DNA of 64,000 nt from Asaia bogorensis (GCA_945901855.1 CAMDLT010000021.1:764-64763); one strand, 5' to 3'; shown: positions 19,015-28,761, counted from the first letter of the stretch. Notes: generated from the letters alone by a model not told the origin. Numbers and translations: made by a program.

Positions 19015-19437
19015 ATGACCGAACGGCTGACCATCACGATCGACGCGACGACGGCAACCGAGCTGGACGCGTTCATGGCGGCCCATGGCTACACCAACCG
19101 CTCGGAAGCGATCCGCGATCTGATGCGGTCGGGGCTGCGCCAGAATGCCGCGAGCGCGGCACCCGGCCGCGCGGCCGTGGCGGTCGTCTCGTTCGTCTAC
19201 GACCACCACGAACGCCGGCTCGGCAACCGGCTGCTCGAAGCGCAGCACGACCACCATGCGCTGGGTGTGGGCACGCTGCATGTCCATCTGGACCACGACA
19301 ATTGCCTGGAAGTTGCCGTGCTGCGCGGGCCTTCGGCGGACGTGCGCAGTTTCGCCGACGCGATGATGCGCGAGCGCGGCGTCAAGCATGGCGCCGCCAA
19401 CTTGATGCCGATCGTGGCGAACGTCAAATCGAAATAG
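19015..19437 (+). CDS. nikR: Nickel-responsive transcriptional regulator NikR
   Basis: Ribbon-helix-helix N-terminus (RLTITIDATTATELDAFMAAHGYTNRSEAIRDLMR) and a C-terminal metal-binding domain with the His/Cys nickel ligands (HDHHALGVGTLHVHLDHDNCLEVAV). Colinear with E. coli NikR. Confidence 0.9.
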   Translation: MTERLTITIDATTATELDAFMAAHGYTNRSEAIRDLMRSGLRQNAASAAPGRAAVAVVSFVYDHHERRLGNRLLEAQHDHHALGVGTLHVHLDHDNCLEVAVLRGPSADVRSFADAMMRERGVKHGAANLMPIVANVKSK

Positions 19438-19439
19438 CG

Positions 19440-21002
19440 TCAGAACAGTTTGTCGGGCAACCACGTGGCCAGGGCCGGGAACGCGACCACCAGCGCAAGC
19501 CCGATCAGCTGCAAAATCACGAACGGCACAATGCCGCGATAGATGTCGAGCGTGCGCACGCTGGCGGGCGCAACGCCGCGCAGATAGAACAGCGAAAACC
19601 CGAAGGGCGGGGTGAGGAAGCTGGTCTGCAGATTGACGGCGATCATCACGCCAAGCCAGATTGGATCGATATCCATCTGCAGCAGGATCGGCCCGACGAT
19701 CGGGATGACGATGATCGTGATCTCGACGAAATCGAGGAAAAATCCCATCGCGAATATGACGCCCATCACCAGCGCAATGGCGCCGTATTTGCCGCCCGGC
19801 ATGCCGTCGAGGAAATCGCGCACCATCTCGTCGCCGCCGAGGCCGCGAAAGACCAGCGCGAACAGCGTCGCCCCGATGAGGGTCGCAAAGATCATCGCCG
19901 TGATCGACATGGTGGTGCGCGACACGCCCGCCAGCACGCCGGTCGCAAAACAGCGCAGCGCCGCCGCGCCGATCCCGAAGGCAAGCCCGAGCGCCAGCGC
20001 GCCCGCCACCCAAATCGCGATGCGGTCGCCGAGCGGCGCCGCCGCGCGCCCCAAGCGCATGTCGAAATTCGAGCCGAGCACCACCAGGCCGACGGCGCAC
20101 GCAAAGCCGATATAGATCGGCAGGCCGTTGCGCTCGTCGAGCCTGAGCCCGGCAAGCAGCGTCGCGCCGATCGCGCCCACGGCGGCGGCTTCGGTCGGCG
20201 TCGCAATACCGCCCAAGATCGAGCCCAGCACCGCCACAATCAGCACGATCGGCGGCACCAGCGCGTGGCCGATATCCCGTGCGCCCACGCTGCCCACTTC
20301 TTCGCGCGGAATGGCAGGCCCAACTTCCGGCTTCAGCCAGGCGAGCGTCAGCTGGTAGGCGATATAAAGCAAGACCAGCATCAAGCCCGGGATCATCGAG
20401 CCTGCGAAGAGCTGGCCGACGCTGACGGTCTCCAACATGAATTTGCCTTGGGCGAGCTGGGCCTGCTGGTAGGCGGCCGACAGCACCTCGCCCAGAATGA
20501 CCATTACGGTCGACGGCGGAATAATCTGGCCAAGCGTGCCGGCAGCGCAGATCGTGCCGCAGGCGAACGCCGGATCGTAGCCGCGCCGCAGCATGGCGGG
20601 CAGCGCCATCAGCCCCATCGTGACGACCGTGGCCCCGACGATGCCGGTCGACGCCGCGAGCAGCGCGCCGACGATGCTGACCGAAATCGCAAGACCGCCG
20701 CGCACGCTGCCGAACAGGCGGCCCATCGCCTCCAGCAGTTCTTCGGCGATCTTGGATTTCTCCAGCATGATGCCCATGAACACGAACAGCGGGATGGCGA
20801 TCAGCACTTCGCTGGTCATGGTGCCGAAGATGCGCTGGGCAAGCGCGCCCAGCAGGAACGGATCGAACGTGCCAAGCGCCCAGCCGAGCGCGCCGAACAC
20901 GACGGCGCAGCCGGTCAAAATGAAAACGACCGGCACGCCCGTCAAAATCAGCAGACAGAGCGACAGGAACATAAAAAGATCGAGAATGCCGCCGAGACCC
21001 AT
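19440..21002 (-). CDS. dctM: TRAP transporter large permease DctM (about 520 aa, larger than the usual about 430 aa)
   Basis: ATG at 21002 (MGLGGILDLFMFLSLCLLILTGVPVVFILTG...). Many TM helices. The listed ORF extends to 21578 across dctQ and was rejected. Confidence 0.85.
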   Translation of the reverse strand: MGLGGILDLFMFLSLCLLILTGVPVVFILTGCAVVFGALGWALGTFDPFLLGALAQRIFGTMTSEVLIAIPLFVFMGIMLEKSKIAEELLEAMGRLFGSVRGGLAISVSIVGALLAASTGIVGATVVTMGLMALPAMLRRGYDPAFACGTICAAGTLGQIIPPSTVMVILGEVLSAAYQQAQLAQGKFMLETVSVGQLFAGSMIPGLMLVLLYIAYQLTLAWLKPEVGPAIPREEVGSVGARDIGHALVPPIVLIVAVLGSILGGIATPTEAAAVGAIGATLLAGLRLDERNGLPIYIGFACAVGLVVLGSNFDMRLGRAAAPLGDRIAIWVAGALALGLAFGIGAAALRCFATGVLAGVSRTTMSITAMIFATLIGATLFALVFRGLGGDEMVRDFLDGMPGGKYGAIALVMGVIFAMGFFLDFVEITIIVIPIVGPILLQMDIDPIWLGVMIAVNLQTSFLTPPFGFSLFYLRGVAPASVRTLDIYRGIVPFVILQLIGLALVVAFPALATWLPDKLF

Positions 21003-21013
21003 TTTGTCGTGTC

Positions 21014-21556
21014 CTAACCGCCGGCGGCTTTGCGCGGAAAATGGGTTGCAGCATCGCCCGTGAGCACGGCCACGGCGCGCAACGCGATGGCGATCGCCTG
21101 CAACGCCAGCAGCACGGCCATGGTCGGGATCAGCGCTTTCAGCACGTAGACAAAGGGCAGGCCACCGACCGACATGGCCCCTTCTTTGAGCCGCCACGAC
21201 AGCGACACGTAGGGCCAGCACGCCCAGATCACGAGCGCGCAAAACGGCAGCACGGCAAACAAAATGCTCAGCAGGTCGGCGAGCGCCTTGGCGCGCGGGC
21301 TCCAATCGGCATAGAGCACGTCGACGCGCACATGGCCGTCCTGCAAATAGGCGTAGCCGATCGCCAGCATGAACAAGGCGGCATGCAGATAGACGACGCT
21401 TTCCTGCATCCAGATAAAGCTGGAGCCGTAGGCATAGCGCAGCACGACGACCGAAAACTGCACGAGCACGAGCAGGCCCGCGCACCACATGACAATGCGG
21501 CCGATCCGGTCGTTGGCGGCATCGATCAGATCGGCGATTTTGAGAAGCGCGTTCAT
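21014..21556 (-). CDS. dctQ: TRAP transporter small permease DctQ
   Basis: ATG at 21556 (MNALLKIADLIDAANDRIGRIVMW...). Four TM helices, about 180 aa. Confidence 0.8.
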   Translation of the reverse strand: MNALLKIADLIDAANDRIGRIVMWCAGLLVLVQFSVVVLRYAYGSSFIWMQESVVYLHAALFMLAIGYAYLQDGHVRVDVLYADWSPRAKALADLLSILFAVLPFCALVIWACWPYVSLSWRLKEGAMSVGGLPFVYVLKALIPTMAVLLALQAIAIALRAVAVLTGDAATHFPRKAAGG

Positions 21557-21614
21557 CGCGGCGAATCGGCGGCGGCACGGCGCACTTGCGTGGCCCTGCC
21601 GCCGCCCGTTCGGC

Positions 21615-22700
21615 TCAGCCCCAGCGGATCGGCAGGGCGCGGGCGTTGAAATTGCCCGCATACGATTGCAACATGTAGTTTTGCGAGCGCACGCGGAACT
21701 CGGCATAGCTGTCCGCGATGCGCTTGACCAGCGGATCGGTATGGGCGCGGAACTCGGCCATCATTTCGCCCGCCGAATTGCCAAAAGCGACCAGCAGGTC
21801 GCGCGGCGCTTCGCGCGCCACGACCTGGTTGTTCGCGATCAAGCCCGCGAGCGCGATCGGATGGCGCACGTCGTATTCGGTGGTGATTTCCTCGGCGACC
21901 GACTGGCAGGCGAACTGCACGGCCTGCTTGAGGTCGGCGGGCAACGCGTTCCACTTGGCCATGTTGATGCCGATTTCCTCGGCCGAGGAGGGTTCCTGGA
22001 CGCCCGGATAGTAGTAATTCTTGGCGACCTGGTGCAGGCCCAACGGCCCGTCGGAGAACGGCCCGATGAATTCGGCCGCATCGATGGCGCCCGACTGCAA
22101 GGCGGCGAAGATTTCGCCCCCCGGCAGCGAGACGACCGAAGCGCCCGCGCGCCGGAACATTTCGCCGCCCAGGCCCGCCGTGCGGAACCGCAGGCCGCGG
22201 AAATCGTCGATCGAGCGCAGCTCGCGCCGGAACCAGCCCAGCCACTGCGGACCCGAATTGCCGCAGATGAAGGGCTTCACGCCGAAGCGGCCGTAGATTT
22301 CGTCGTACAGCGCCTGCCCGCCGCCATGCATCATCCAGCCTTGCTGTTCGAAGGCGGTCATGCCGAAGGGAAACGAGCCGAAGAAGCCGATGCCCAGCGA
22401 CTTCGAAATCCAGAAGGACGGCACGCCGTGATAGAGATCGGCCGTGCCCGCCGCAACGGCATCGAATGCGCCGGGTGCCGGCACCACTTCGCCGGCCGAA
22501 AACAGGCGCACCGAAATGCGCCCGCCCGAGACGAGGCCGATGCGGTCGGCGACTTTTTGGGCGGCAACGCCGGGGCCCGGCAAATTGCGCGGCCACAGCG
22601 TGACCATGCGCCATTCGATGCGGTTTTGCGACAAAGCGGGGGCGGCCAAGCCGGCGCTCGAAGCGGCGGCGACGCCCGCCAAAAGATGACGACGTTTCAT
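21615..22700 (-). CDS. dctP: TRAP transporter substrate-binding protein DctP family
   Basis: Tat/Sec-like signal MKRRHLLAGVAAASSAGLAAPALS. DctP-family body, 361 aa. Confidence 0.85.
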   Translation of the reverse strand: MKRRHLLAGVAAASSAGLAAPALSQNRIEWRMVTLWPRNLPGPGVAAQKVADRIGLVSGGRISVRLFSAGEVVPAPGAFDAVAAGTADLYHGVPSFWISKSLGIGFFGSFPFGMTAFEQQGWMMHGGGQALYDEIYGRFGVKPFICGNSGPQWLGWFRRELRSIDDFRGLRFRTAGLGGEMFRRAGASVVSLPGGEIFAALQSGAIDAAEFIGPFSDGPLGLHQVAKNYYYPGVQEPSSAEEIGINMAKWNALPADLKQAVQFACQSVAEEITTEYDVRHPIALAGLIANNQVVAREAPRDLLVAFGNSAGEMMAEFRAHTDPLVKRIADSYAEFRVRSQNYMLQSYAGNFNARALPIRWG

Positions 22701-22761
22701 GAGGGGGGACTCTCCGGTTGCGGTTGCTGTATCCCCACTATCGTTGAAACGACCGGCGGCT

Positions 22762-22932
22762 TCAAGTCGGCGTCTGGGCGCCTGCCTTGGGCGTTTTTTG
22801 CGCGCGACAGCGATCGGAGCAGTATTTGACGCTCGCCCAGCTCTGCGCCCATTTGCGCCGCCATGCGAACGGGCGCCCGCACGCGACGCAGATTTTCGAC
22901 GCCAAGTCCGATTTTTTGCGCATTTTAGGCAT
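22762..22932 (-). CDS. DUF2256 small zinc-ribbon protein
   Basis: The Cys motif KICVACGRPFAWRRKWAQSWASVKYCSDRCR is a hallmark of DUF2256. Start chosen at the internal M (MPKMRKK...); the listed ORF runs to 23067. Confidence 0.6.
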   Translation of the reverse strand: MPKMRKKSDLASKICVACGRPFAWRRKWAQSWASVKYCSDRCRAQKTPKAGAQTPT

Positions 22933-23803
22933 CGCTTGGCGGATTTTCGGGGCGGAGGGCGCGGCGGCCAAAATCGGGGACGGCATAGGGTACGCGCAGT
23001 TTATAGTCGGCGAACCGCGCGCCGTAGCGCCGGGCAAAACGGCGTTCTTTGAGCTTCGGCGCCGCAACGCAGTAGACGGTAAAGCTCAACGCCAGCGCCA
23101 ACTGGTCCGGCGTCCACACCGGCACGGTCCACAGCGTCAGCGCAAACGCGACATAGATCGGCTGGCGCACCACGCGGAAAAGACCGCGCGTCGGCATGTC
23201 CGGAAAGACCGGCCGCAGGCGCGCGGCCAGCGACATCCAGCCGAGCGCGCCGGACTGCACCTCCAGCCCCGCATCGAAACTGGCTTTCGCCAGCACCAGC
23301 CACGCGCCGGCGTAGAGCGCGCATACGATCCAGAACACAACGCCCTCGGCGCGCCACCACACGATGCCCGAGGGCGTCCACAAAACGAACAGCGCCAGCA
23401 ATTGCAGCGCGGCGATGAAGGCATAGGTGGTCGATGCCAGCGTCTCGCCGTGCGCGCCGGGCACGATCTGCGCCAGCAACCGCGTGCCGCGCGGGGTCAG
23501 CAACAGCGAATGCGCCAACGGAAATTGCAGCACCAGCGCCAGATTGGCCAAGGCCGCAAAGGGCCACGGCACCGTGCCAAGGCCGGCCCCCAAGCCAAAA
23601 AACATCGCGACCACCATCGCCAGCACGCCCGCCGCAAAAACGATATGGCACGCGAGGCCCATGACGAGCGCCAGCGCGATGCGTCCCCGACCGGGGGGCG
23701 GCGCTGCGGCAGCCGCAACCAGCCGCGCAATGCCCGCGATGCGCGGGTCGGCAAAAAGGCGCCGCGTCGAAGCGGCAAACGAGCCGCGTTTGCTGTCGGA
23801 CAT
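22925..23803 (-). CDS. Membrane methyltransferase-like protein (isoprenylcysteine carboxyl methyltransferase / PEMT / NnrU-like family)
   Basis: Polytopic. C-terminal signature VRQPIYVAFALTLW...KERRFARRYGARFADYKLRVPY matches the RHPxY...EExxLxxxFGxxY family motif. Overlaps the DUF2256 start by 8 nt. Confidence 0.6.
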   Translation of the reverse strand: MSDSKRGSFAASTRRLFADPRIAGIARLVAAAAAPPPGRGRIALALVMGLACHIVFAAGVLAMVVAMFFGLGAGLGTVPWPFAALANLALVLQFPLAHSLLLTPRGTRLLAQIVPGAHGETLASTTYAFIAALQLLALFVLWTPSGIVWWRAEGVVFWIVCALYAGAWLVLAKASFDAGLEVQSGALGWMSLAARLRPVFPDMPTRGLFRVVRQPIYVAFALTLWTVPVWTPDQLALALSFTVYCVAAPKLKERRFARRYGARFADYKLRVPYAVPDFGRRALRPENPPSDA

Positions 23804-23880
23804 GGCTACCGACGTAGAACCGCGCGCGCGGATGGTCAAGGGGCGCTGGAATTCGTGCCCACGCGCGCCACATCAATAAG

Positions 23881-24276
23881 ATGGAAACCGAAAAACCGGT
23901 GACGGTCTATTACGACGGCGCGTGCCCGGTGTGCGCGCGCGAGATCGGCGTCTATCGCGCGTGCGCAGGCGCTGAGCGCGTCGTTTGGGTCGATGTCGGC
24001 GCAGCCGACATGGGCGAACAAGCCGCACCCGACTTGAAGCGCGCCGACGCCTTGGCGCGGTTCCATGTGCGCGATGCCGACGGCAAGCTTGTGTCGGGCG
24101 CAAGGGCATTTGCCGCCTTGTGGCTTGTCCTGCCCGCCTGGCGCTGGCTTGGCTGCGTGGCGCGCATGCCGCTGATCGCGCCGCTGCTTGAGCTTGGGTA
24201 TCAGTATTTTTTGCGGTTGCGAATCTGGCGCCGTCCGCGCGGCGCTGGAACGGCGGATCGGAATCATCTACGCTAA
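23881..24276 (+). CDS. Thiol-disulfide oxidoreductase DCC family protein (DUF393)
   Basis: VTVYYDGACPVCAREIGVYR has the CPxC near the N-terminus, typical of DCC proteins. Confidence 0.75.
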   Translation: METEKPVTVYYDGACPVCAREIGVYRACAGAERVVWVDVGAADMGEQAAPDLKRADALARFHVRDADGKLVSGARAFAALWLVLPAWRWLGCVARMPLIAPLLELGYQYFLRLRIWRRPRGAGTADRNHLR

Positions 24277-24314
24277 CTACTTATGTATTCTTCACCTGCA
24301 CGAAGGAAACCGAG

Positions 24315-25235
24315 ATGCCCGACTCCGCAAACATCGAACCCGTCCTGGTGCCGACCGGCGAAGCGACCCCGATCCATATCGACCGGCGGATCTACGATCT
24401 CTACGACGAGTATTGCCACGGCAGCATGGATCGGCGCGACTTCTTGGCGCGCGCCGCGGCCTTGACGGTCGGCGGACTGGCGATGGCGCAAGCGCTGCTG
24501 CCGCGTTACGCCAAGGCGCAGGTCATCTCCTTCACCGATCCGCGCATCAAGGCAAGCTATGTCAACTACCCGTCGCCGGGCGGCAATTCGGGTACGATGC
24601 GCGGCTATCTGGTGCAGCCCGCCGGAACCGGACCGTTTCCGGCCGTGCTGGTGATCCACGAAAATCGCGGCCTCAATCCCTACATCGAAGACGTGGCGCG
24701 CCGCGCGGCGGCCGAGGGTTTTCTGGCCCTCGCGCCCGACGGGCTCGCCCCGGTCGGCGGCTATCCCGGCAACGACGACGACGGCCGCACGCTGCAATCG
24801 GGCCTGGATCAAGCCAAGCTGATGGCCGACATGCTCAACAGCGCGCGCTTCGTCAAAGCCCATGCGCTGTCGACGCGCAAACTGGGCGTGACGGGCTTTT
24901 GCTGGGGCGGCGGCGCGACGAACGAGCTGGCGGTAACGCTGGGGGCGGACATGCAAGCGGGCGTCCCGTTCTACGGAATGGCGCCCGCACCGGCATCGGT
25001 GCCGTCGATCAAGGCGGCGATTTTGGCGCATTTCGCCGCCGACGATGCGCGCATCAATGCATCCTGGCCGGCTTACGAGGCCGCCCTCAAAGCGGCGCAA
25101 GTGCCCCACGAAGGGCATTCGTATCCGGGCACGCTGCACGGCTTCCACAACAATTCCACGCCGCGCTACCAAGAGGCAGCCGCCAAGCTTGCATGGGAGC
25201 GCACAATCGCGCATTTCAAGAAATATCTGGCCTAA
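24315..25235 (+). CDS. Dienelactone hydrolase family protein (Tat-secreted)
   Basis: Tat-like motif MDRRDFLARAAALTVGGLAMAQA. DLH fold with VTGFCWGGG (nucleophile Cys/Ser position) and HGFHN. Confidence 0.8.
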   Translation: MPDSANIEPVLVPTGEATPIHIDRRIYDLYDEYCHGSMDRRDFLARAAALTVGGLAMAQALLPRYAKAQVISFTDPRIKASYVNYPSPGGNSGTMRGYLVQPAGTGPFPAVLVIHENRGLNPYIEDVARRAAAEGFLALAPDGLAPVGGYPGNDDDGRTLQSGLDQAKLMADMLNSARFVKAHALSTRKLGVTGFCWGGGATNELAVTLGADMQAGVPFYGMAPAPASVPSIKAAILAHFAADDARINASWPAYEAALKAAQVPHEGHSYPGTLHGFHNNSTPRYQEAAAKLAWERTIAHFKKYLA

Positions 25236-25339
25236 AACTTTCCCGCACGGACGCAAGCGCGCTTGCGTCCGTGCGGTCGGGCCGCCCGGCGCCGTCGCGC
25301 AACTGCCGATGGGACCGCCAAGCGCAGGAGCAGGCCGAC

Positions 25340-26290
25340 ATGCCGCACGTTGCCGTCGTGGGCAGCTACAACCGCGATCTTAGTTTTGCCCTGCAGCGCA
25401 TGCCGGTGGCGGGCGAAACCGTGATCGGCGCCGATCTGGCCGAGGGGCCGGGCGGCAAAGGCAGCAACCAAGCCATTCAAGCCGCCAAAGCCGGGGCGCT
25501 TGTCGCGCTGGTGGCAGCACTTGGCGCGGATGCCGCCGCGCGCGACGCGCTGGCATTTTGGCGGCCCTTGAAAATCGACGTTCGCGGCATCGCGCGCAAA
25601 ACCAAGGCGCCGACCGGATCGGCCGCGATTCTGGTCGAAGCGGGCGGTGCCAATCGCATCGTCGTGGCGTCCGGCGCCAATGCGCTTTTGTCGGCGGCCG
25701 ATATGCGCAAGGCAGCATCGGTTTTCAAACGCGCGCGCGTGGTCGTGGGCCAGCTTGAAGTGCCGGTGGCGGCAACGCTTGCGGCGTTTGCGCTGGCGCA
25801 TCAAGCAGGGGCAACGACCTTGCTCAATGCCGCGCCGGCTATGGGGCCGTTGCCGCAACGCTTGCTGCATCGCATCGATATTTTGGTCGCCAACGAAATC
25901 GAGGCTTGCGCGCTGACGGGCCTGCCGCCCGCAACGCCGCTGCAAGCGCTGGTGGCGGCCCTGCGCCACTACGCCAGGCGAACCGCGATCGTCACGGCAG
26001 GCGCAGCGGGCGCGTGGTTGGCCGACCGCACGAACGCGCCGATCCGCATCGCAGCGCCGCCCGCCGAAATCGTCGATACGACAGGTGCGGGCGATGCGTT
26101 TGTCGGCGCATTTGCCGCGCGTTTTGCAGCGGACGGCGATGCGTATCTGGCGACCTGTTGGGGCGTCGCGGCCGGTTCGCTTGCGTGCCGGAAGCGCGGC
26201 GCCGCATCGTCTTACGCCGGGCATGCGGCGATCGCGCGGCTGGCCCGCCCTTATGCCCGCTTGACGTTGCCCGGCGGCAAGGCGCCATAA
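25340..26290 (+). CDS. PfkB-family carbohydrate kinase (ribokinase-like)
   Basis: ATG at 25340. VAVVGSYNRDLSF...GGKGSNQAIQAAKAG and a C-terminal DTTGAGDAFVGAF anion hole. The listed ORF 24188..26290 has an artefactual extension. Confidence 0.85.
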   Translation: MPHVAVVGSYNRDLSFALQRMPVAGETVIGADLAEGPGGKGSNQAIQAAKAGALVALVAALGADAAARDALAFWRPLKIDVRGIARKTKAPTGSAAILVEAGGANRIVVASGANALLSAADMRKAASVFKRARVVVGQLEVPVAATLAAFALAHQAGATTLLNAAPAMGPLPQRLLHRIDILVANEIEACALTGLPPATPLQALVAALRHYARRTAIVTAGAAGAWLADRTNAPIRIAAPPAEIVDTTGAGDAFVGAFAARFAADGDAYLATCWGVAAGSLACRKRGAASSYAGHAAIARLARPYARLTLPGGKAP

Positions 26291-26313
26291 AGTCGGGCCA
26301 ATAGGAGCCCGCT

Positions 26314-28761
26314 ATGGAAGCACAAAGCACCACACTGACCCTGCCGATCGACGGCATGAACTGCGCCTCGTGCGTCGCGCATGTCGAAAAAGCGCTGGCC
26401 GCCGTGCCGGGCGTTGCGGCCGTCGCGGTCAATCTTGCGACCGCGCGCGCCAGCGTGCGGTTGAGCGACCCCGCAGCGCGCGCAACCTTGGCAAAGGCCG
26501 TCGAAAAAGCGGGCTACGCGGTGCCGACCGAAACGGTGTCGTTCGACATCGCGGGCATGAGTTGCGCATCGTGCGTCGCGCATGTCGAAAAGGCGATCCG
26601 CGCGGTTCCGGGCGTGGCCGATGCGGCCGTCAATCTTGCCACGGCCAGCGCATCCGTCACGCGCCATCGCGCGGTTGCCGCCGACGGCGCCGTCGAAAGC
26701 GCGGTTGCCAAAGCGGGCTACGATGCGCGCTTGCGCACGGACAGCGCAACCGGCCTCGACCCGCAAGTGCCCGACACGCAAGCGCTTGAAGCCGCAGCGC
26801 TGGGCCGCAGGGCGTTGACGGCGTGCGTGCTGGCGCTGCCGATCTTCGTGCTGGAGATGGGCGCGCATCTGGTGCCCGCGATGCGCGGCTGGATCGCGCG
26901 CGACATTTTGGATGCGGTGTTTTTTGCGCTGACGACGGTCGTGCTGTTCGGGCCGGGCTGGCGCTTCGTTGCGGTCGGCGTGCCCATGTTGCTGCGCGGC
27001 ACGCCCGACATGAACGCGCTTGTCGCGGTCGGCACGCTGTCGGCCTACGGCTATTCGAGCGTGGCCGCCTTTGCGCCCGACTGGCTGCCCGCGGGCACGG
27101 CGCATGTCTATTTCGAAGCGGCCAGCGTGATCGTGGCGCTGGTGCTGGTCGGGCGCTATCTGGAAGCGCTCAGCCGCGGGCGCACCAGCCTTGCCATCAA
27201 GCGCCTGGTCGGGTTGCAGCCGCAGACGGCGTCGGTCGAACGCGACGGCGTTTTTGGCGACGTGCCGCTGGGCGAGGTGCGCTTGGGCGACCGCATTCAG
27301 ATGCGCCCCGGCGCGCGCGTGCCGGTGGACGGCGTCGTGCGCGCGGGCGAAAGCCATCTCGACGAATCGATGCTGACCGGCGAGCCGATGCCGGTCTTCA
27401 AACAGACGGGCGCCGGCGTCGTCGGCGGCACGCTCAATACGACGGGAAGTTTCGTTTTCGAAGCGACCAAGATCGGCGCCGACACGCTGCTGGCCCAGAT
27501 CCTGCGCATGGTCGAAGACGCGCAAGCCGCCAAATTGCCGATCCAAGCGCTGGTCGATCGCGTGACCGCCTATTTTGTGCCCGCGATCTTTGCCGCTGCG
27601 GCAGCGACGTTTTTGCTGTGGGCGCTGCTGGGACCGGCACCGGCGTCGAGCTTTGCGCTGGCCAACGCGGTGGCGGTTTTGATCGTCGCGTGCCCGTGCG
27701 CCATGGGGCTTGCCACGCCGACCTCGATTCTGGTCGGAACCGGGCGCGCAGCCGAACTCGGCATTCTGTTCAAACGCGGCACGGCGCTGCAAACGCTGCG
27801 CGCGGTGCGCGTCGTCGCATTCGACAAAACCGGCACTTTGACCATCGGCAAGCCTGCGCTGGAAAATCTTGTGCCCGCGCCCGGTTTTGCGCGCGCATCG
27901 GTGCTGGCGGCGGTCGCGGCCGTCGAAGCGTCGTCCGAACATCCGCTGGCAAGCGCCATCGTTGCCGCCGCGCGCGCCGAGGGGATCGCCCCGGCGCAAG
28001 CCACGGCGTTTCGCGCCGTGCCCGGCATGGGGCTTGGCGGCCAGTTCGAAGGCGTGCGCGTCGAGATCGGCGCCGACCGCTACATGGCGTCGCTGGGGAT
28101 CGCCGTCGACAGCTTTGCAGCCGACGCGGCGGCGTTCGGCAAGGCCGGCAAGACGCCGCTTTATGCCGCCATCGACGGCAAGCTTGCGGCCCTGTTGGCC
28201 GTCGCCGATCCGATCCGCGCGGAAGCGGCGGCGGCGATCCGCGCATTGCAAGCGCTTGGCCTCAAAACCGCGATGGTCACGGGCGACAATGCCGCGACGG
28301 CAGCGGCGGTCGCGGCGCGCCTCGGCATCGACCATGTCACGGCCGAAACGCTGCCGCGCGGCAAGCGCGAGGCGGTCGAAGCGCTGCGCGCGACCTTCGG
28401 CGCGGTCGCGTTTGTCGGCGACGGCATCAACGATGCGCCCGCCCTGGCGGAGGCCGATGTCGGCATCGCCGTGGGCACGGGCACCGACATTGCGGTCGAA
28501 AGCGCTGCGCTGGTTCTGATGTCGGGCGATCTTGGCGGCGTCGTGCGCGCGATCGCGCTGTCGAAGGCGACGATGCGCAATATCGAAGAGAATCTATTCT
28601 GGGCGTTTGCGTACAATACGGCGCTTGTCCCGGTGGCGGCGGGCGCGCTCTATCCGGCGTTCGGGGTGCTGCTCTCGCCGATGCTGGCGGCGGCGGCCAT
28701 GGGCCTTTCGAGCGTATTCGTGGTCGCCAACGCGCTGCGCTTGCGGAAATTTGCTGCATAG
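26314..28761 (+). CDS. copA: Copper-translocating P1B-type ATPase
   Basis: Two N-terminal HMA domains (GMNCASCVAHVEKA, GMSCASCVAHVEKA), the CPC membrane motif (VACPCAMGLATPTS), DKTGTLT phosphorylation site and GDGINDAPAL. Confidence 0.95.
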   Translation: MEAQSTTLTLPIDGMNCASCVAHVEKALAAVPGVAAVAVNLATARASVRLSDPAARATLAKAVEKAGYAVPTETVSFDIAGMSCASCVAHVEKAIRAVPGVADAAVNLATASASVTRHRAVAADGAVESAVAKAGYDARLRTDSATGLDPQVPDTQALEAAALGRRALTACVLALPIFVLEMGAHLVPAMRGWIARDILDAVFFALTTVVLFGPGWRFVAVGVPMLLRGTPDMNALVAVGTLSAYGYSSVAAFAPDWLPAGTAHVYFEAASVIVALVLVGRYLEALSRGRTSLAIKRLVGLQPQTASVERDGVFGDVPLGEVRLGDRIQMRPGARVPVDGVVRAGESHLDESMLTGEPMPVFKQTGAGVVGGTLNTTGSFVFEATKIGADTLLAQILRMVEDAQAAKLPIQALVDRVTAYFVPAIFAAAAATFLLWALLGPAPASSFALANAVAVLIVACPCAMGLATPTSILVGTGRAAELGILFKRGTALQTLRAVRVVAFDKTGTLTIGKPALENLVPAPGFARASVLAAVAAVEASSEHPLASAIVAAARAEGIAPAQATAFRAVPGMGLGGQFEGVRVEIGADRYMASLGIAVDSFAADAAAFGKAGKTPLYAAIDGKLAALLAVADPIRAEAAAAIRALQALGLKTAMVTGDNAATAAAVAARLGIDHVTAETLPRGKREAVEALRATFGAVAFVGDGINDAPALAEADVGIAVGTGTDIAVESAALVLMSGDLGGVVRAIALSKATMRNIEENLFWAFAYNTALVPVAAGALYPAFGVLLSPMLAAAAMGLSSVFVVANALRLRKFAA

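Noticed and set aside
18939-21017. 692-aa plus-strand ORF extremely rich in R/D/H/Q
   Set aside because: It lies antisense to dctM and dctQ, has no recognisable domain, and its composition is typical of non-coding frames in high-GC DNA.
17326-21054. 1242-aa listed ORF on the minus strand
   Set aside because: Only the 3' portion (17326..18882) is a real SBP gene with an RBS and a signal peptide. The remainder is an Arg/Asp/His-rich, low-complexity translation antisense to nikR and the TRAP dctM, an artefact of high-GC stop-codon scarcity.
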